From: Camelus dromedarius
Taxonomy: Eukaryota
Reading direction: 5' to 3'
NCBI RefSeq assembly: GCF_036321535.1
Contig: NC_087436.1
Coordinates: 30,940,001-31,004,000, forward strand
Length of the DNA: 64,000 nucleotides
Shown here: positions 1 to 12,799 of the stretch, piece by piece
How positions within the stretch are numbered: position 1 is the stretch's first letter
Layout: the number at the start of each line of letters is the position of its first letter
Program-made: the position numbers and the translations under genes
Notes under the pieces: generated by a model
What the model was told of the DNA's origin: nothing
Database searches by the model: none
What the model saw: the letters and a program-made list of their open reading frames with translations, nothing else

Positions 1-789
1 GACAAGGTCCCTATGACAATGTCACATCAACAATATTTTTTTGAAATTTAGGGTATAATATTAGCATCAGAATTTAAGAATACAGTATTTTTATGCTATA
101 ATGTCAGAAAATCCATAAATAGCATCTTTTCTAATTAAATGGCTCATTGTGAAAAGAACCCAAGAAAATAACAAAAATTAATTCAGGAAAAAATATTTCA
201 ATTAAAATGCAGGTATTAAAATTTTCTTTGATTTTGAAGGCAGAGACCTCCTTAGTCATCAGTATGTTCCTAGCCTTCTCCTAGCACGTGTACTTTATGT
301 TTTAATATGCTCTTCATGGAGTTCTTGTATTATGTTTTGTATAAAAATGTGATTATGCTCTTAGCGATTCATGATAAATGGAACTTAGGAAGGGAAAAAG
401 CCTAGATAATAGACAAATATTTTAACAGTATATTTGACATTTTATAAATCATAAACGTATACCTGTTTACTTACTATAGCAATGAGATCCTTTTTGATAA
501 TGCTTGTTTTCCTAGGACTTTGATTTACATTATTTCATTTAGTTTTAATTTTTTTTACTCACACTTAATTCAGAAGTATACCAAAATCAGTTCTAAGAAA
601 GCATTTCAAAATTCTGCACAGAAAAAATAAATACTAAAAATTTTTCCTTGACTGCAAGTTTAAGCAGTAAAGCTGAAAATTATATATATTAGGTATAATA
701 GATACTTTTTATTTATACATGCAACATTAAAGATGCTTCAGATTTTAAATAATTTAAATAATAACTTTATTAAGGTTAGTTCATCTGCC

Positions 790-921
790 TCAAAATTCAT
801 CCTTTTAATGTTTACAATTCAGTGGTTTTTAGTATATTCACAGAGTTGTGTAGCCATTACTACTATCTAATTTCAGAACATTTTCATCATCCCCAAAGAA
901 ATCCTGCAGCCATTAGCAGTC
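790..921 (-). mobile_element. Old L1 (L1MB/MC-like) 3' end fragment
   Basis: 'acaattcagtggtttttagtatattcacagagttgtg...cagaacattttcatcatccccaaag...cattagcagtc' resembles the reverse strand of mammalian-wide L1 3'UTR consensus (recalled). Confidence 0.75.
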
Positions 922-1469
922 TAAGATTATAATTATTTTTCAAAGAATAAAACAAACTACACATACTTTTTCCTGAAAACAATACTAACACAAAAACTAA
1001 GATAATTTTCATTTCCTACTAGAAAGCAATTAGTGAAAGTGGCAGTTTTCCTTTAGGTGTGCTTCTATACACACTGTACTTAGCAGTTTTGACTTCATGC
1101 TTGGGAGAAGACTTCCAAGGGATAATATTATAATAATAATATTTTCTGAAAAGTTTTAGACAATTTGGACTTGTAATTTCTATTTCCTTAAATGTCTTGC
1201 TCCCACGTGTACAAAGAATATGATAATTGAGTGCATTAATGACCTTCACCCTTCCTCTACCCAGGGATTTTGCCGTGTAACTTTGTAGTGCCCTCCCACT
1301 CAGCTCTTGAATGCCATATGGTTTGCTTTGGCCAACATGACTTTTGGCTGATACAATACAAGCAGAGGCATGAAGTGAGCTTGAACTTTTGGGATATTTT
1401 CTCTTGCCATCTGCCATTGCCATATTTTTTTTTTAAAGTAAGCCTAGGCTAACCTAGGTTGTTCCTAGG

Positions 1470-1712
1470 AGAAGATAAGACACGTGGATCAGAGTGAGCC
1501 AGCTCAGCTGAGAGTGCCAGCTATCCAGCCATAGTCAGCCTAGATTGGTCAACAACCAACAGATGCCACCTGTGAAAAAGCTCACCCAAAATCAGCAGTC
1601 TCCTAACCGAACCAGTTCAGAGATGTGAGCAATGGATGTTTATTGCTGTATATGCCTCTGAGCTTCAGTAGTTGTTTGTTACCAAGTATTATGGCAATAG
1701 TAAGTAACTGAT
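1470..1712 (+). mobile_element. MaLR LTR fragment (MLT1H/I/J-like)
   Basis: Typical MLT1 3' half: 'gatgtgagcaatggatgtttattgctgtatatgcctctgag...gttgtttgttacc...tatggcaatag..taactga'. Confidence 0.7.
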
Positions 1713-4116
1713 GAGAAATGCAAAGAATGTGACATCACTTTAGAAAGTCAGTAATTTCTCAAGGTATGGACACCTGTATATGGATAGAATTTTCTTAAAT
1801 CACCATAATCAAATCCTTTCTTGACATATCTGCAACAGTCGTAAACTCTGCCCCTGGCCCAGATGGAGTGAGTTGGTTAGATGAGGGGATTAAGGATTTC
1901 CCTTACTCACTGGCTTAAGAGGACACAATATTCCCCCTCAATCAGCAAAATAGGATCAAGGGAGAGTATTGTCTTTTGGAGCTGAAAACATTTTATACAG
2001 GAAGTAATCAACACTGAATCAAGGAAGAATTGAAATAAATGCATACTGACATGGTTATTATTTTAAAAGATATCCAACCAAACATGCAGCATGCTTCAGA
2101 TAGTTTCACTGCATTGACTGACTGAACTTCTGGGGGCTCCAACTGCTGACACGTGGAATGAAAGAGTGTTCCTAGTGTCACTTCATATTGTCAGGGTTTG
2201 GGTTCTGAGTAATCAGAGCATGGACATACCTCAGGCAACAGACTAAAGGGTCGTTTAACACTAAGTTCCTAAGAGCACAGAGCCTCAAGCTGAGGACACA
2301 AAATCAGTCAAGGAGGCCAAAAAACTTGCAAGAATGAAGGTAGGAGCCCAAAATCAGAGTTATGGGCTGAGGAGACCTGGAATCAAAGAACAACAATGTC
2401 TGGAGTAACAAGATATCGTGAGCTATTGGCACAAAAAACACTGAAAATTGCATGGCTTTTGTTCACACAACCCTGAGTACTTGATATATGCTGGTTTAAA
2501 GTTGCAGTCACTGCTGTTTCTTCAAGTGACATTCCAGTCTCAGTAATTTTTACCTGTGCATATAAATTTGATCATTTGGAAGGCCATAATTCCCACTTCT
2601 AGATTGGTCTAATACATATTTTAGAACCATCCTGGCCTGAAGAAATGAAGAATAAAAGTAAGAAATATTACTCTGAATATGGGCATATTTCTGGAAACTA
2701 TTTGCCACAGGAATCTGAAGAATGTTAGAATGACCTACCAATTTATGTTAAAAGACCGTGGAATTTCTAGCACTTGTGGTCAGAACATCTTAAAAATAGG
2801 CTGGAGTGGAAAGAGTGCTGGTTGAGAGAGGAGGCAGAATACAGGAGACCAGGAATGGCTGAAGTAAGATGACAGTGGGTAGCAAGAGACAGGCCATCTG
2901 AAAAGAGGGATGGAAGGAAACTTGAGAACAACCTGAAAACTACTCTTTGAAACAAAAAAAACAAAAATTAAAAGAAACCAGATGGAGAATATGTGTACAA
3001 AGGACAAAGAAAATAAATCCAAACTAGAAATAAACTAGGCATGACCTGGTCAGTTAGGACAAAAGCTATACTCAGATTTACACTAGAAGAAAACCTTCTT
3101 CCCCCAAAGAAAAGAAAGTGTGGTTTTCTAGGTCAAAATGGCTGACATTAGATCAGTCACATTAATTCTAATTTTGGTTATGTATGATAGACTAAGCACA
3201 TATTTCTGCTCAGAAAGGGCCACTGAAATAATAGATAACTCGAGAAAGAGAAATAGCAAAAGAGAAGACAAATCTGCCAAAGGGCTGGAAGTTGGGAAAG
3301 GGCAACCATCAGACATTCCAAGGATACCTGACACAGAATGGATGGAATAGTTGGAAAATGAGTTGGAGAAATCAAAACACTAGTTCTAAGAGTCATCCCA
3401 GGGAAGCCTCAGAAAAGCAAAACATCTAAATCAGCAGCATCTCAGAGATTCTTTATTTTCTCAGGTTTCCAATGGTTCATATATTGCCCTGATTATTTAT
3501 TATAAAATGAAAATTTCTTAACATGAATTAAAATACCCTACACTTCGTACCTTGAAAATTCTTCTTTGGGAGTTCTAGCATGGACTCCAGGTCTGTGTAT
3601 ATTTAAATCCCTCAGGCGATTTTGAAGAACATTCTTGGTTTCAAATTGCTGCCTTCCTGAGCAGTTGCAGGTGCTGACTGCTGGGCTCCTTGAATTAAAC
3701 CAATCAGTGATTTGCTGAGTAATATGTGAGTTTAGGTCACAGGCTAAATATTTTTATTTAACAAGTTGCTTTATGTTGTTTATAGTCCTAAAAAAATTTA
3801 ATTATGTAGTGTAAAATAGTTTGTATTTAAAGATTTTTATAAGAAAACACATTACGGTTTTGTAGGGTTAGCAACAAGCATTCCAATCTTCATTCTAACT
3901 TAATGAAATATATATAAAATTGTATATGTAAACATTATGAATATTTAATATTACATAATATATACTCTAATTAGATATCTATAACACAATGTAGTTAGTT
4001 ATATAATGTCTACTATATAAATACATATTTATATATAAATATAAACATAGATATACTGTAGTTAGAGATCACTATACCAGATTTTCTGGAGAACAGTTTG
4101 GTGATTCATAGCTATG

Positions 4117-4578
4117 CAGGCTTTACTGTGCTGTTTTTTTTTTTTTAATTGTGCTTTGCCGATGTTGCACTTTTTACAAATTTAAGATTTGTGGCAAACC
4201 TGCATTAAACAAGTCAATTGGCACCATTTTCCAACAGCATTTTCTCATTTCATGTCTGTGTATCACATTTTGGTAATTCTCAGAATATTTCAAATCTTCT
4301 TTTATTATTGTATTTGTTATGGTGATCCAAACCAGTGACTATGACTAGCTAAAGGCTCAGATGATGGTTAACATTTTTTAGCAATAAAATATTTTTTAAT
4401 TAAGGCATATATATTTCTTAGATATAATGCTATTGCACACTTAATAGACTACAGTATAGTTTAAACATAACATTTATATGCACTGGGAAACCAAAAAATG
4501 TTTTACTCGCTGTATTGCCATATCTGCTTTATTGCAATGATCTGGAACAGACCCTTCAGTATCTATGAGGTATGTTTA
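4117..4578 (+). mobile_element. Internally deleted Tigger1 (Tc1/mariner), non-autonomous derivative, Tigger1a_Art-like
   Basis: Tigger1 left end ('tttttacaaatt.aag.tttgtggcaa...cacattttggtaattctc') joins the right end ('aaggctcagatgatggtta...gcacacttaatagactacagtatagt...ctgggaaaccaaaaaa...gaggtatg') near 4340; no transposase. Confidence 0.85.
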
Positions 4579-4940
4579 TATCTATCTATATCTACAACTA
4601 TTTCATGTCAGAATCAAATACTTTGTCAATAATCAAACAATTTACCAAAAACCAAAATATTAAATCTATAAAGATACTGACTTAATATCAAAAATATACA
4701 AATAATGAAACTTAGACACTTGTCAAATAAAAATTAAAAAATATAAACAGTTGAAAAATCTATATTTTAAAAAGTTCTAAAAATAAGCTTCCCTATTAAT
4801 GAATTATTATAAGATATATAGTATCATAATACAAATATTGATGGAATTGGGTATTCATGGGATAATAAGTTGATAACAGCTTTAGTCTGCCTCATACAGG
4901 GCAAAGAGAGGGATGAGTTTAAACTTCTTCTCTGCCCCCC

Positions 4941-4943
<3 letters not shown>

Positions 4944-4984
<41 letters not shown>
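4944..4984. repeat. (CA)n microsatellite
   Basis: About 20 perfect CA units. Confidence 0.97.
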
Positions 4985-4986
<2 letters not shown>

Positions 4987-5629
4987 ATATATCATCAAGA
5001 AAAAATAAAGACAGATCCAAAGTGAGTAATCTATTTTAAACCATGAAGGAGAAATTGGAGGTTATGGCTAGGACATAAAAGTTCTATGCATTGTTACTTT
5101 CTATTCACTATCAGTAGGCGTTAAACAGTCCTCAAACTGAACAGAACTTCAGGCTGCATTTAGACATCAGGAGCTCCTCACCTTCTAACTGCGGTTCACA
5201 GGATTCAAACAAGGAAAGCTCTTTATAGTGGTGTTGCTGATGCATATTTCATGGTTGGGTGGGAAATTCTGAAATAGCCAATGCTTCATTTTGCTTTAGA
5301 ATTGGAAGCTAATAGGTCACGTCTACATCTACATATGAACAATTCAAAGAACTAATCATCAGAACTTACTGAGAGCAAATCATATCATTCCTGGTTTTTC
5401 CAGTTCCGTAGAGTGTCCCCCTACAACTGGCTTTTTATGACTGAGTTACAAAAGTTAAGGTTTGGGTTTAATTTACTAAACTCCTCCCAAAAAAAAGCTG
5501 TTTCAGTCTGCTTCGGAAATCTTAAAGGATTTAAGTTTTATTGATAAATTCCTCAATATCTAGGATTTGAGAAGTATGAGGATGCCCCCTTTAACAGTGG
5601 ATCACTCTCAGCAATGTTAGCTTATTAGG

Positions 5630-5818
5630 ATCCTGTTTCTCTATCGCAAGGATCGATCTGAATCAATTGGAAGGCTGGTTAAACCCCAGATTGCTCGCCC
5701 AGATCCTGTGACTTTGTAATTCAGTAGATCTGGAGTGGGGCTTGTAAAATTTGCGTATGTAACAAGTTTCAGGTGCTATTATGCAATTAGTACAAGGACA
5801 AAACTCTAAGAACCACTG
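5630..5818. mobile_element. MER5A (hAT-Charlie) remnant
   Basis: 'gaatca...gttaaac..cagattgct..ccc...attcagtagatctggagtgggg...aatttgc...taacaagtttcaggtg...agaaccactg' follows the MER5A consensus. Confidence 0.75.
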
Positions 5819-8800
5819 GCTTACAGTATGTGTCCATTAATTTATCAGCTGAAATCACATATATTTGACACATGAAAAATAACTTGTGCTGATTTGATCT
5901 ATGTTTAGGTCTCCAAAGAGAAATAAAGACATTTTACTTCTAGTGGCAAGTTTAAGTTGTTAATGCCTCTTGTGTAAAATGAAGGGAACATATTAAGGAT
6001 GCTACTGTACTCAAACTAGGGTAATATTTTAGATTAGTAAACTGCTATTTTTAGCTTTTTATGCATTTAAAACTTCAAACAAAAAACTTACCTAAAACGG
6101 TCTCCTGGTGCTTTCCACGGACATCTTTTAAAGTGATTCATTCACTGAAGCAGTGCAGAGGTTAATCATTTTGATTAATTTCTAATTAGCTGTACCTGTA
6201 TTCCAGAGGAAATAATCAATATTACCATTTGAAAAAGCCAGGCTAAGATCCAGCAGCACTTCTAGAACATATGCAGTTAATTTCTGATAATTCAGTTTAT
6301 GGTCCTCACTGCAAAAAGCTAAATCTCTCTTATTCAGTCATAGCTCATTAGAAAGTTTTGTTTTTGTATTTGTTTTTGTTTTTAAAATAGTGTAAATCTT
6401 TCATCATTTACTTTTATTTTCTTTTAATTTTTTGGAAGAGAATATTTAAAATCATTCATTAGTAATTATTGTTAAAATTATTACTGAATACAGTGAAAGA
6501 CAATCCCTACCATGTGTTGAGTTTTTAAAAAACTCAAAAGAGTTTCACTTGCAGATTAGTTGTTTTACTAATTTGGTATACTTAAAGTAGATCTGGGATA
6601 ATTTTGAAATCTGAAGTTAGTTTACCTTTAAACAACTTTTGATTCTCCTGCCAATTCAGAATATGTATTTTGAGATATTGTTATATCAAATATTATCTCA
6701 GAGACTAAGGGGAAATGCCAGAAAACAACAGGATCCCTTTTTTGGAGAAAGGATGTGTTTTTCAGTTAAAAAAAATAAAATCAACTTAGGACACTTTTTT
6801 TTTCTACAGCTCTTCAGCGTGGAGAATGAAATCCTGTGAATAAAATCCTGTCAATCATTCCAGTTAAATATTTTAGTGTTAGGGTGATTTTTATTTTTTA
6901 AAAATATAACATTTAAATATATATAACATACAACAGTACATAGTATTTTCCAGTTTTATATAGAACTCCAAAGAAAAAAATCAGAGAATAACAATATTTC
7001 TGTAAAATTTTAAAACATGCTGCAGTAAATGCTAACAAACTCAGAATTAATTATGCCTTAGGTAATAAGCTAACCATGATGATATTCTTACTCAATTCTA
7101 CAAGAAAGAACACTAAAGATATGACTGGAATAACTTCTAAAACTTCCAAATATTTACCCCATACTGAAAACCCTCTTTTATATCTGCAGTTCCTACACAT
7201 TGACAACTCTAGCCTTCTATCATTTCCTTTAATCCAGCCACTGATACTGTAATTTTCAGTTCTTGTTAACAATGCATATCAGCCCTAGCTCAGACAATAC
7301 AAAACTCTTCAAAAACTTAGAATATTAGAACAAAATTGGCCACCTTTTTACAATGACCCTTCTGCCATATTGACTAAAATAGTTTTTCCATACATTTGAC
7401 AAGTCTAGAACTGATATATCATCCTCTATGCTATTCAGTTTCCCAGCAGAAAAGTGCAGAGGTATAGGAGGGTTGGTTATAAATTTGTTCTATGTAAAAT
7501 TTCTCTCCCAGTGTTTTTGAGCCAGCTGATGGGTCTTGTTAAATGTAGAAGCTGAGAGAGCCATTGCTTTGCTGATCAGGTGTGTCGTGGATCAGAATTG
7601 TGATGCTCTCCATACAGCAACTCATCAGAAGCAGTGTAACTTTTTTCTCATATTCTTTACATTGCTGGGATTGGGACTTTGTTTTGTTTTAATGAATCTA
7701 TCTGCGCCTTTCTCAAGACTATAGTTGAGACCCAGTTAATTGATACCATCTTACAGGCTAGAGGTCAGGGTCTCACCCTCTACCCGCTGATCATAATTCT
7801 CTTCCCTTCCTTCCAAACGTATCCTCAAGAGATAAAGCCTAATCCAAATTACTGTGACTATACATACTAAACATTCATAGAATTCACCCCTTTTAATAAT
7901 ATTCCCATGTGATATCTGTGATTTGGAACTTCTGTTTTAAAATAGTTTCAATGGTTCTATGATGGACCTGTGTTCTCTAAATTGTTCAAAATATTCAAAA
8001 GGAAGTTTTGTGTAACTTATGAATCAAATGAGTTCAATGATGTTAATATCACAGAAGCTAAGAGAGAAAATAGAGGCGTAGAGTGCACAGTAACAAAACC
8101 AATCAGACTATTGATCCCAGTTGTAAGGAATCACTACCAGTACCTTTCCAATGCTTGCAATACATACTGTAGAAAGACTTAATGAGTTTATATTTTCCAA
8201 TATCATTCATTATTTCAACCATTCCCCAATTTCTTCAATTTCAGCAAATCAATTATAAAAATGTCTGTCCTATCTTTTTTATAATCTTAAATGCTTTAAA
8301 TCAGTGGCCTATATCTCAAGGTCAAGCAAATTGATGATTTAATGGACCATACATGTGGTTCCAGTTTTATCTTTATTTTTGTACGTGTGTGCATCTTTCT
8401 TCAATTACACTTTTCACTGCTACTTGTGTTCGAATAAATGCCTTGTCAATCACTTCTACTCTCATTCAAAGATTGAGAGTCCTGTATACTTTTCTGAAAC
8501 TCTTTTTGAAAAATCAGGCATCAGCATTTGGCACTATTACATTATCCCACTACAAAATCTTGCCAATTTGTATACTTATGTTAAATAGTTGTAGGATAGA
8601 CAAAATGGCTCCCTCCTATCAGCACATCAACCAATGTGATGGACATCAAAACCAAATATGTTGTATCAGAAGTTCAGGCTTCAATTGATTTTCAGTGGTT
8701 TATATCTAAGTAGGATATTAACATTTACAAATTTCATATTTACACAAGTCCAGAAGACTGTAGTAAGTAGGCAGAAGTCTACATGGGAACATGGATTCTC

Positions 8801-9689
8801 ACACTTTCTGAGCTATTTCCCCAGTGGGTCCCATAGGTGCATGCTTAAAGCCAGTAAGAAGTTTCATAAAGCTACTGCTAAAGATGTTACCTCATAAAAA
8901 CTTCCATGGCGACTGATGCTACTTTAGTCTTCACTTGATTTTGCAATGTGGCAATATGATACTGAGCATATACTGCTAGCTTAGCAACTAAGTCTGTTTC
9001 TGAGGAGCTCTTGCTTTCTTTGTTTCTTTGATGAATACTTACCTGTTATCTGGAATCTGGCCAAACCTCTTGGAGTTTGATGAATATATTCCCACACATT
9101 AAACACTGCAAGAGTACTTTATTTTAGAGTAAAAAACATCTTAAACACACTATGCCAGTAAATTTGACAGATTTTCATCTGGATGGGTATAGGCTTGTCA
9201 ATTAATGTCTTATAATTGAGAGACTAAAAGATATAGAGGCAACTTCTTCACTCTCATAGAGCTTGAGCGCCTACTTGGGTCCTCACCACAGCTATGATAC
9301 AAATTTCAAACATCCTAAGTGAACTTCTTCTTTTTCTTTCAGATCCTTTCAGTCACTTGTCTAAAGACTGCAGAGGAGTTGGTTGCTTTGGGTGAACTTA
9401 GATAACTTAACATCTCCTCTGACTCCACTCCTTCATGTTTTCCAAAGGAGTCTCATGGGTGGAGACTGTCCACACTCCTGTGGCCACCAGCCCCTCTCTC
9501 CACTCAGGAAGCAAACTTCTCTTCCAGGACAGCAGAACTCCAGCAGATCTCTGCTGGATACCACTCCATTCCTTAATTTTTCAAGACAATTTAATCACAG
9601 TAATATGCTATTTATACTAGAAAGAAATTGTATTAGTTGTCTATTGATACATAACAATTTATCCTGAAACCTAGCTTGAGGAAAGTCAT

Positions 9690-10146
9690 TGTATTAGTTA
9701 TCTTTTGATACATAACAATTGACCCTGAAAGTTAGCTTCAACATTTAGTATCTCACACAGCTTCTGGACATCATGAATTTGGAAGAGGCTTAGCTACATG
9801 TCTCTGATGGTGGGTCTCTTATAAGCCACTCATTTGACAACTACCAGTAGACCTCAGTTCCTCAGTGGTTTTTTATCAGTGGTCTTAGGTCCCCCCTACA
9901 TGGACCTCTTTCTAGTGCTCCTGTGACATGGTGAAAGCGAGCCAAGAGAAGAGGGCAAGAGAGAAGGCACGGCCAAGCCGGAAACTGTAGTGTCTCTCAT
10001 ACCGAATCTCAGAAGTGATAGTTATTTCTGCTGAGTTCCAATTGCCACTCAGAGTTAGCCTGTAATTTGTGGGGACAAATTACACAAGGACGTGGCCGTT
10101 AGGAGACGGAAATCATTTGGGAGCATCTTGGAGGCTGGTTATCACA
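9690..10146 (-). mobile_element. MaLR solo LTR (MLT1F-like)
   Basis: Starts 'tgtattagttatct..tgatacataacaa', contains 'tatctcacacagcttctg...gaatttggaagaggcttagct' and ends 'gagcatcttggaggctggttatcaca'; 'tcat' flanks both ends. Confidence 0.8.
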
Positions 10147-10364
10147 TCATTTAAACATAAGTTTATGATATTAATATGTCAAAGTTGTTAGACATAATTC
10201 ACCAGATATTCTGGGAGGATAGAAATTTCAAATACATTATAAACAAAACAGAGGGAATCAATAATTTATTGAATTTGATGAGGAAAAACAAGAAATAAAA
10301 ACCTAGAAGATACAGAGATTTTGCATCTATGGATAGCATTGTGATGACATGAAACATTAAGAAA

Positions 10365-10530
10365 GTTGATATGGAGGGAAATTAATGAATTTTGTTCTGA
10401 GAATGTTAAGTGTCAGGTGACAATAAGGTACTCAAGTAATATTCAGGTGATGCTTGGAGATTTGAGCCTGTCCCTCAAGAGAGAATTCAGAGATAAGGAT
10501 AAAGGTCAGGGAATTATAGACTCTCCAGTA
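10365..10530 (-). mobile_element. L2 fragment
   Basis: 'aatgaattttgttctgagaatgttaagtgtcaggtg...ctcaagagagaattcagagataagg' resembles antisense L2 3' region. Confidence 0.5.
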
Positions 10531-11792
10531 GAGGGAATATAATCTAGAAACAAAGGTGGGGACCAAATAATTAAGGAATAGAAAGAAAAATTATGAGCAG
10601 AAAAGAAAAGGAAAGAAAAGAAAAGAAAAACTTAAATGGATGAAACGGAAAAGGAAAAATCATTACATTTTAGTTCATAAAATCATGGAAAGAAGGAAAG
10701 TTCCAACAGGTTCCCAAACATCAAGGACACACATCCCCAAATAAGAAAACTTTCTTCTCAAGCTAAGATGTCAGGATCTAAGCACTACTCACCTCTGGCA
10801 TCCTGGGTCCCCACAATCTCATTAACTGAGATTAATCTTTATGAGTCTTTTACTCCCAGTTTTCAAAAGAAAATAATTTCCCCAAACTTTTAGAGAAGCA
10901 AGTAGCAAATTAAATTGGAAACCAGATCGTGTAGCACTCACCTTCTGTCAGCACGTCACTGCTTTCAGCTGTAGAACTGACTGACGCGATTCCAAATGGA
11001 AAAAGGTATGGGAGGCTGAATATAAAGGGAAACATTTGACTGTGGATTCAAAATGTATGAGAGGGGAAAATATCTGAATAAATATACTTCTACTTAATAT
11101 TTATTGAAACAAGCTAAGATACTAACAATGTTTTGATTTAAATGTCTTGTGTCTTTTTATGCTACAATACAAAGGGCTGCTATTTATTTTATCATTATGA
11201 TCTTACAGAAAGTCATCTTACAGAGGTGGGTAGTGAAATTCTCTCTCCTTTTGGCCATGATACCGGTTAGTAGTGGATGTCTTTAAGCATCCCTTTTCTC
11301 TAACTCCCAGACACTTAGGAGACTTGCACCCCCCAGGGGGAAGTAAGGGGTTACACTTAAAATAAGGGACAAGGAGCCTGAGCAGTCCCCTCCTCGTTGT
11401 CTGGGGAAGGGACAATCGAGCATTTAAGTCATCCAGTATCAAGCTGGTATCATTCAATATCAAACTAAGCAGATATCTCAGAAGTCCCAGATTTCCTTAC
11501 CTGAAACCTAGCCTTATATGAATGTGAATGAAAGAAGGAAGGAGAGTAATACCAGAGACAGCATGGTGGAGGGTAAAGGGTTTCTGAAGTAGCTATGTTG
11601 GTGGCACAGTCAGGGCAGTATGTGACACTGCAGCCTGGGACCCACGGGCCCTAGAGAGAATGACAAGAGGATGGCAATTGTGACAACCCTGGGCATTTTC
11701 ACTCCCCACATCCCCCAACAGCACCAGCCCCCACAGGCCAGGATGCAAAAGGGCTACAATTCCAGCCCTCCATTTACCATTATTTTTTCTTC

Positions 11793-12269
11793 TGTAAGGG
11801 AGGACAAAACATCTTCCCCTACCCTTCTGTATTCTTCTAGCTGGTCTTAGAATTAAATTGACATGAGATAGAATAACAGGAGAATATTTTTTAAAAATGT
11901 TAAATGACATGTATACATGGTGGCAATCTAAGAAAACTGAGTAACTTGCTAAAATGGCCCAAACCCTCACCTTAAACACTATCTTCAGCAAAAGACAAAA
12001 GATGTTGGCCATAGTGGTTTGAGACTTCAAAGGGGAGGAAGGCAATGCACATGGAGAGAGAGAAGCAAGGGTTTGCTAAACAAATGTTTGCTTGTCCAGG
12101 CAGAGACAGAGCTCTCTAGGCTTCTCTGAGTTTTCCCCGTCACACCCAGCCCATGTTCTTTGCAAATATCTCTGGTAACATCTCTATTTCTGTTTCTTAA
12201 AAATAATCATTCTAAATTAATCCTCATGCTAAAGAGACATTTTGGGTAGCCATATTTTGCTCTCCTACA
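11793..12269 (-). mobile_element. ERV1-class solo LTR (477 bp)
   Basis: TG...CA termini (tgtaaggg...cctaca); near-matching 4-bp TSD cttc/tttc; 'aaaataatc....atcctcatgctaaagagacattttgggtagc.atattttgctctcctaca' is typical of MER41/LTR39-like ERV1 LTR ends. Confidence 0.8.
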
Positions 12270-12334
12270 TTTCAGATTGATGAGGCTATAGCAATGGCTG
12301 GTCATAAAATCAGCCACGGTATACTATACCAATT

Positions 12335-12540
12335 ATGAATATAGCCTTTGAGGTCAGAAAATACAAGTTGAAATCCCGACTCAGCAGCTTATTCACAGCA
12401 TGGCTGGGATAGCTTCTTGACTCTCTAATAGTTTCTTCAACTGTAGTAGTATGTAAGGTTAAACTTACATATAACTGTCTTGTGGAATTGTTGTGAAGTA
12501 TAAAAATTGCCATTTACTGAAAAATTTGAGTGCTTCATAA
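12335..12540 (+). mobile_element. MIR SINE
   Basis: 'gcctttgaggtcaga...gttgaaatcccgactcagc...gtttcttcaactgta...gttgtgaag' follows MIR layout. Confidence 0.6.
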
Positions 12541-12799
12541 TCTGTGCAACAAATCCATGAATGAGGGGACTGACAGAGAAGATGGGTAACGTTCCCAGTA
12601 TTGAAAAACTAGTGAATTACAGAGTTTGTTTCTTACTCAGGTTTGCTTAATTCTACCCTCTATGCATTTGACCCTTGCCTGACAAGGGCTATATATTTAA
12701 ATATTTGCTGATATCATTATTAAAGTTAAAGAGTGAAAACTGAAAAACTACAAAATCACTAATGGCAAAAATAATAACTGTGTACTATTATTATTGCTC

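Noticed and set aside
1019..1423. 134-aa minus-strand ORF
   Set aside because: No recognisable domain or exon boundaries; compatible with a chance ORF.
11593..12045. 150-aa ORF, the longest in the track
   Set aside because: It runs out of an ERV1 LTR into flanking DNA and has no protein-like features.
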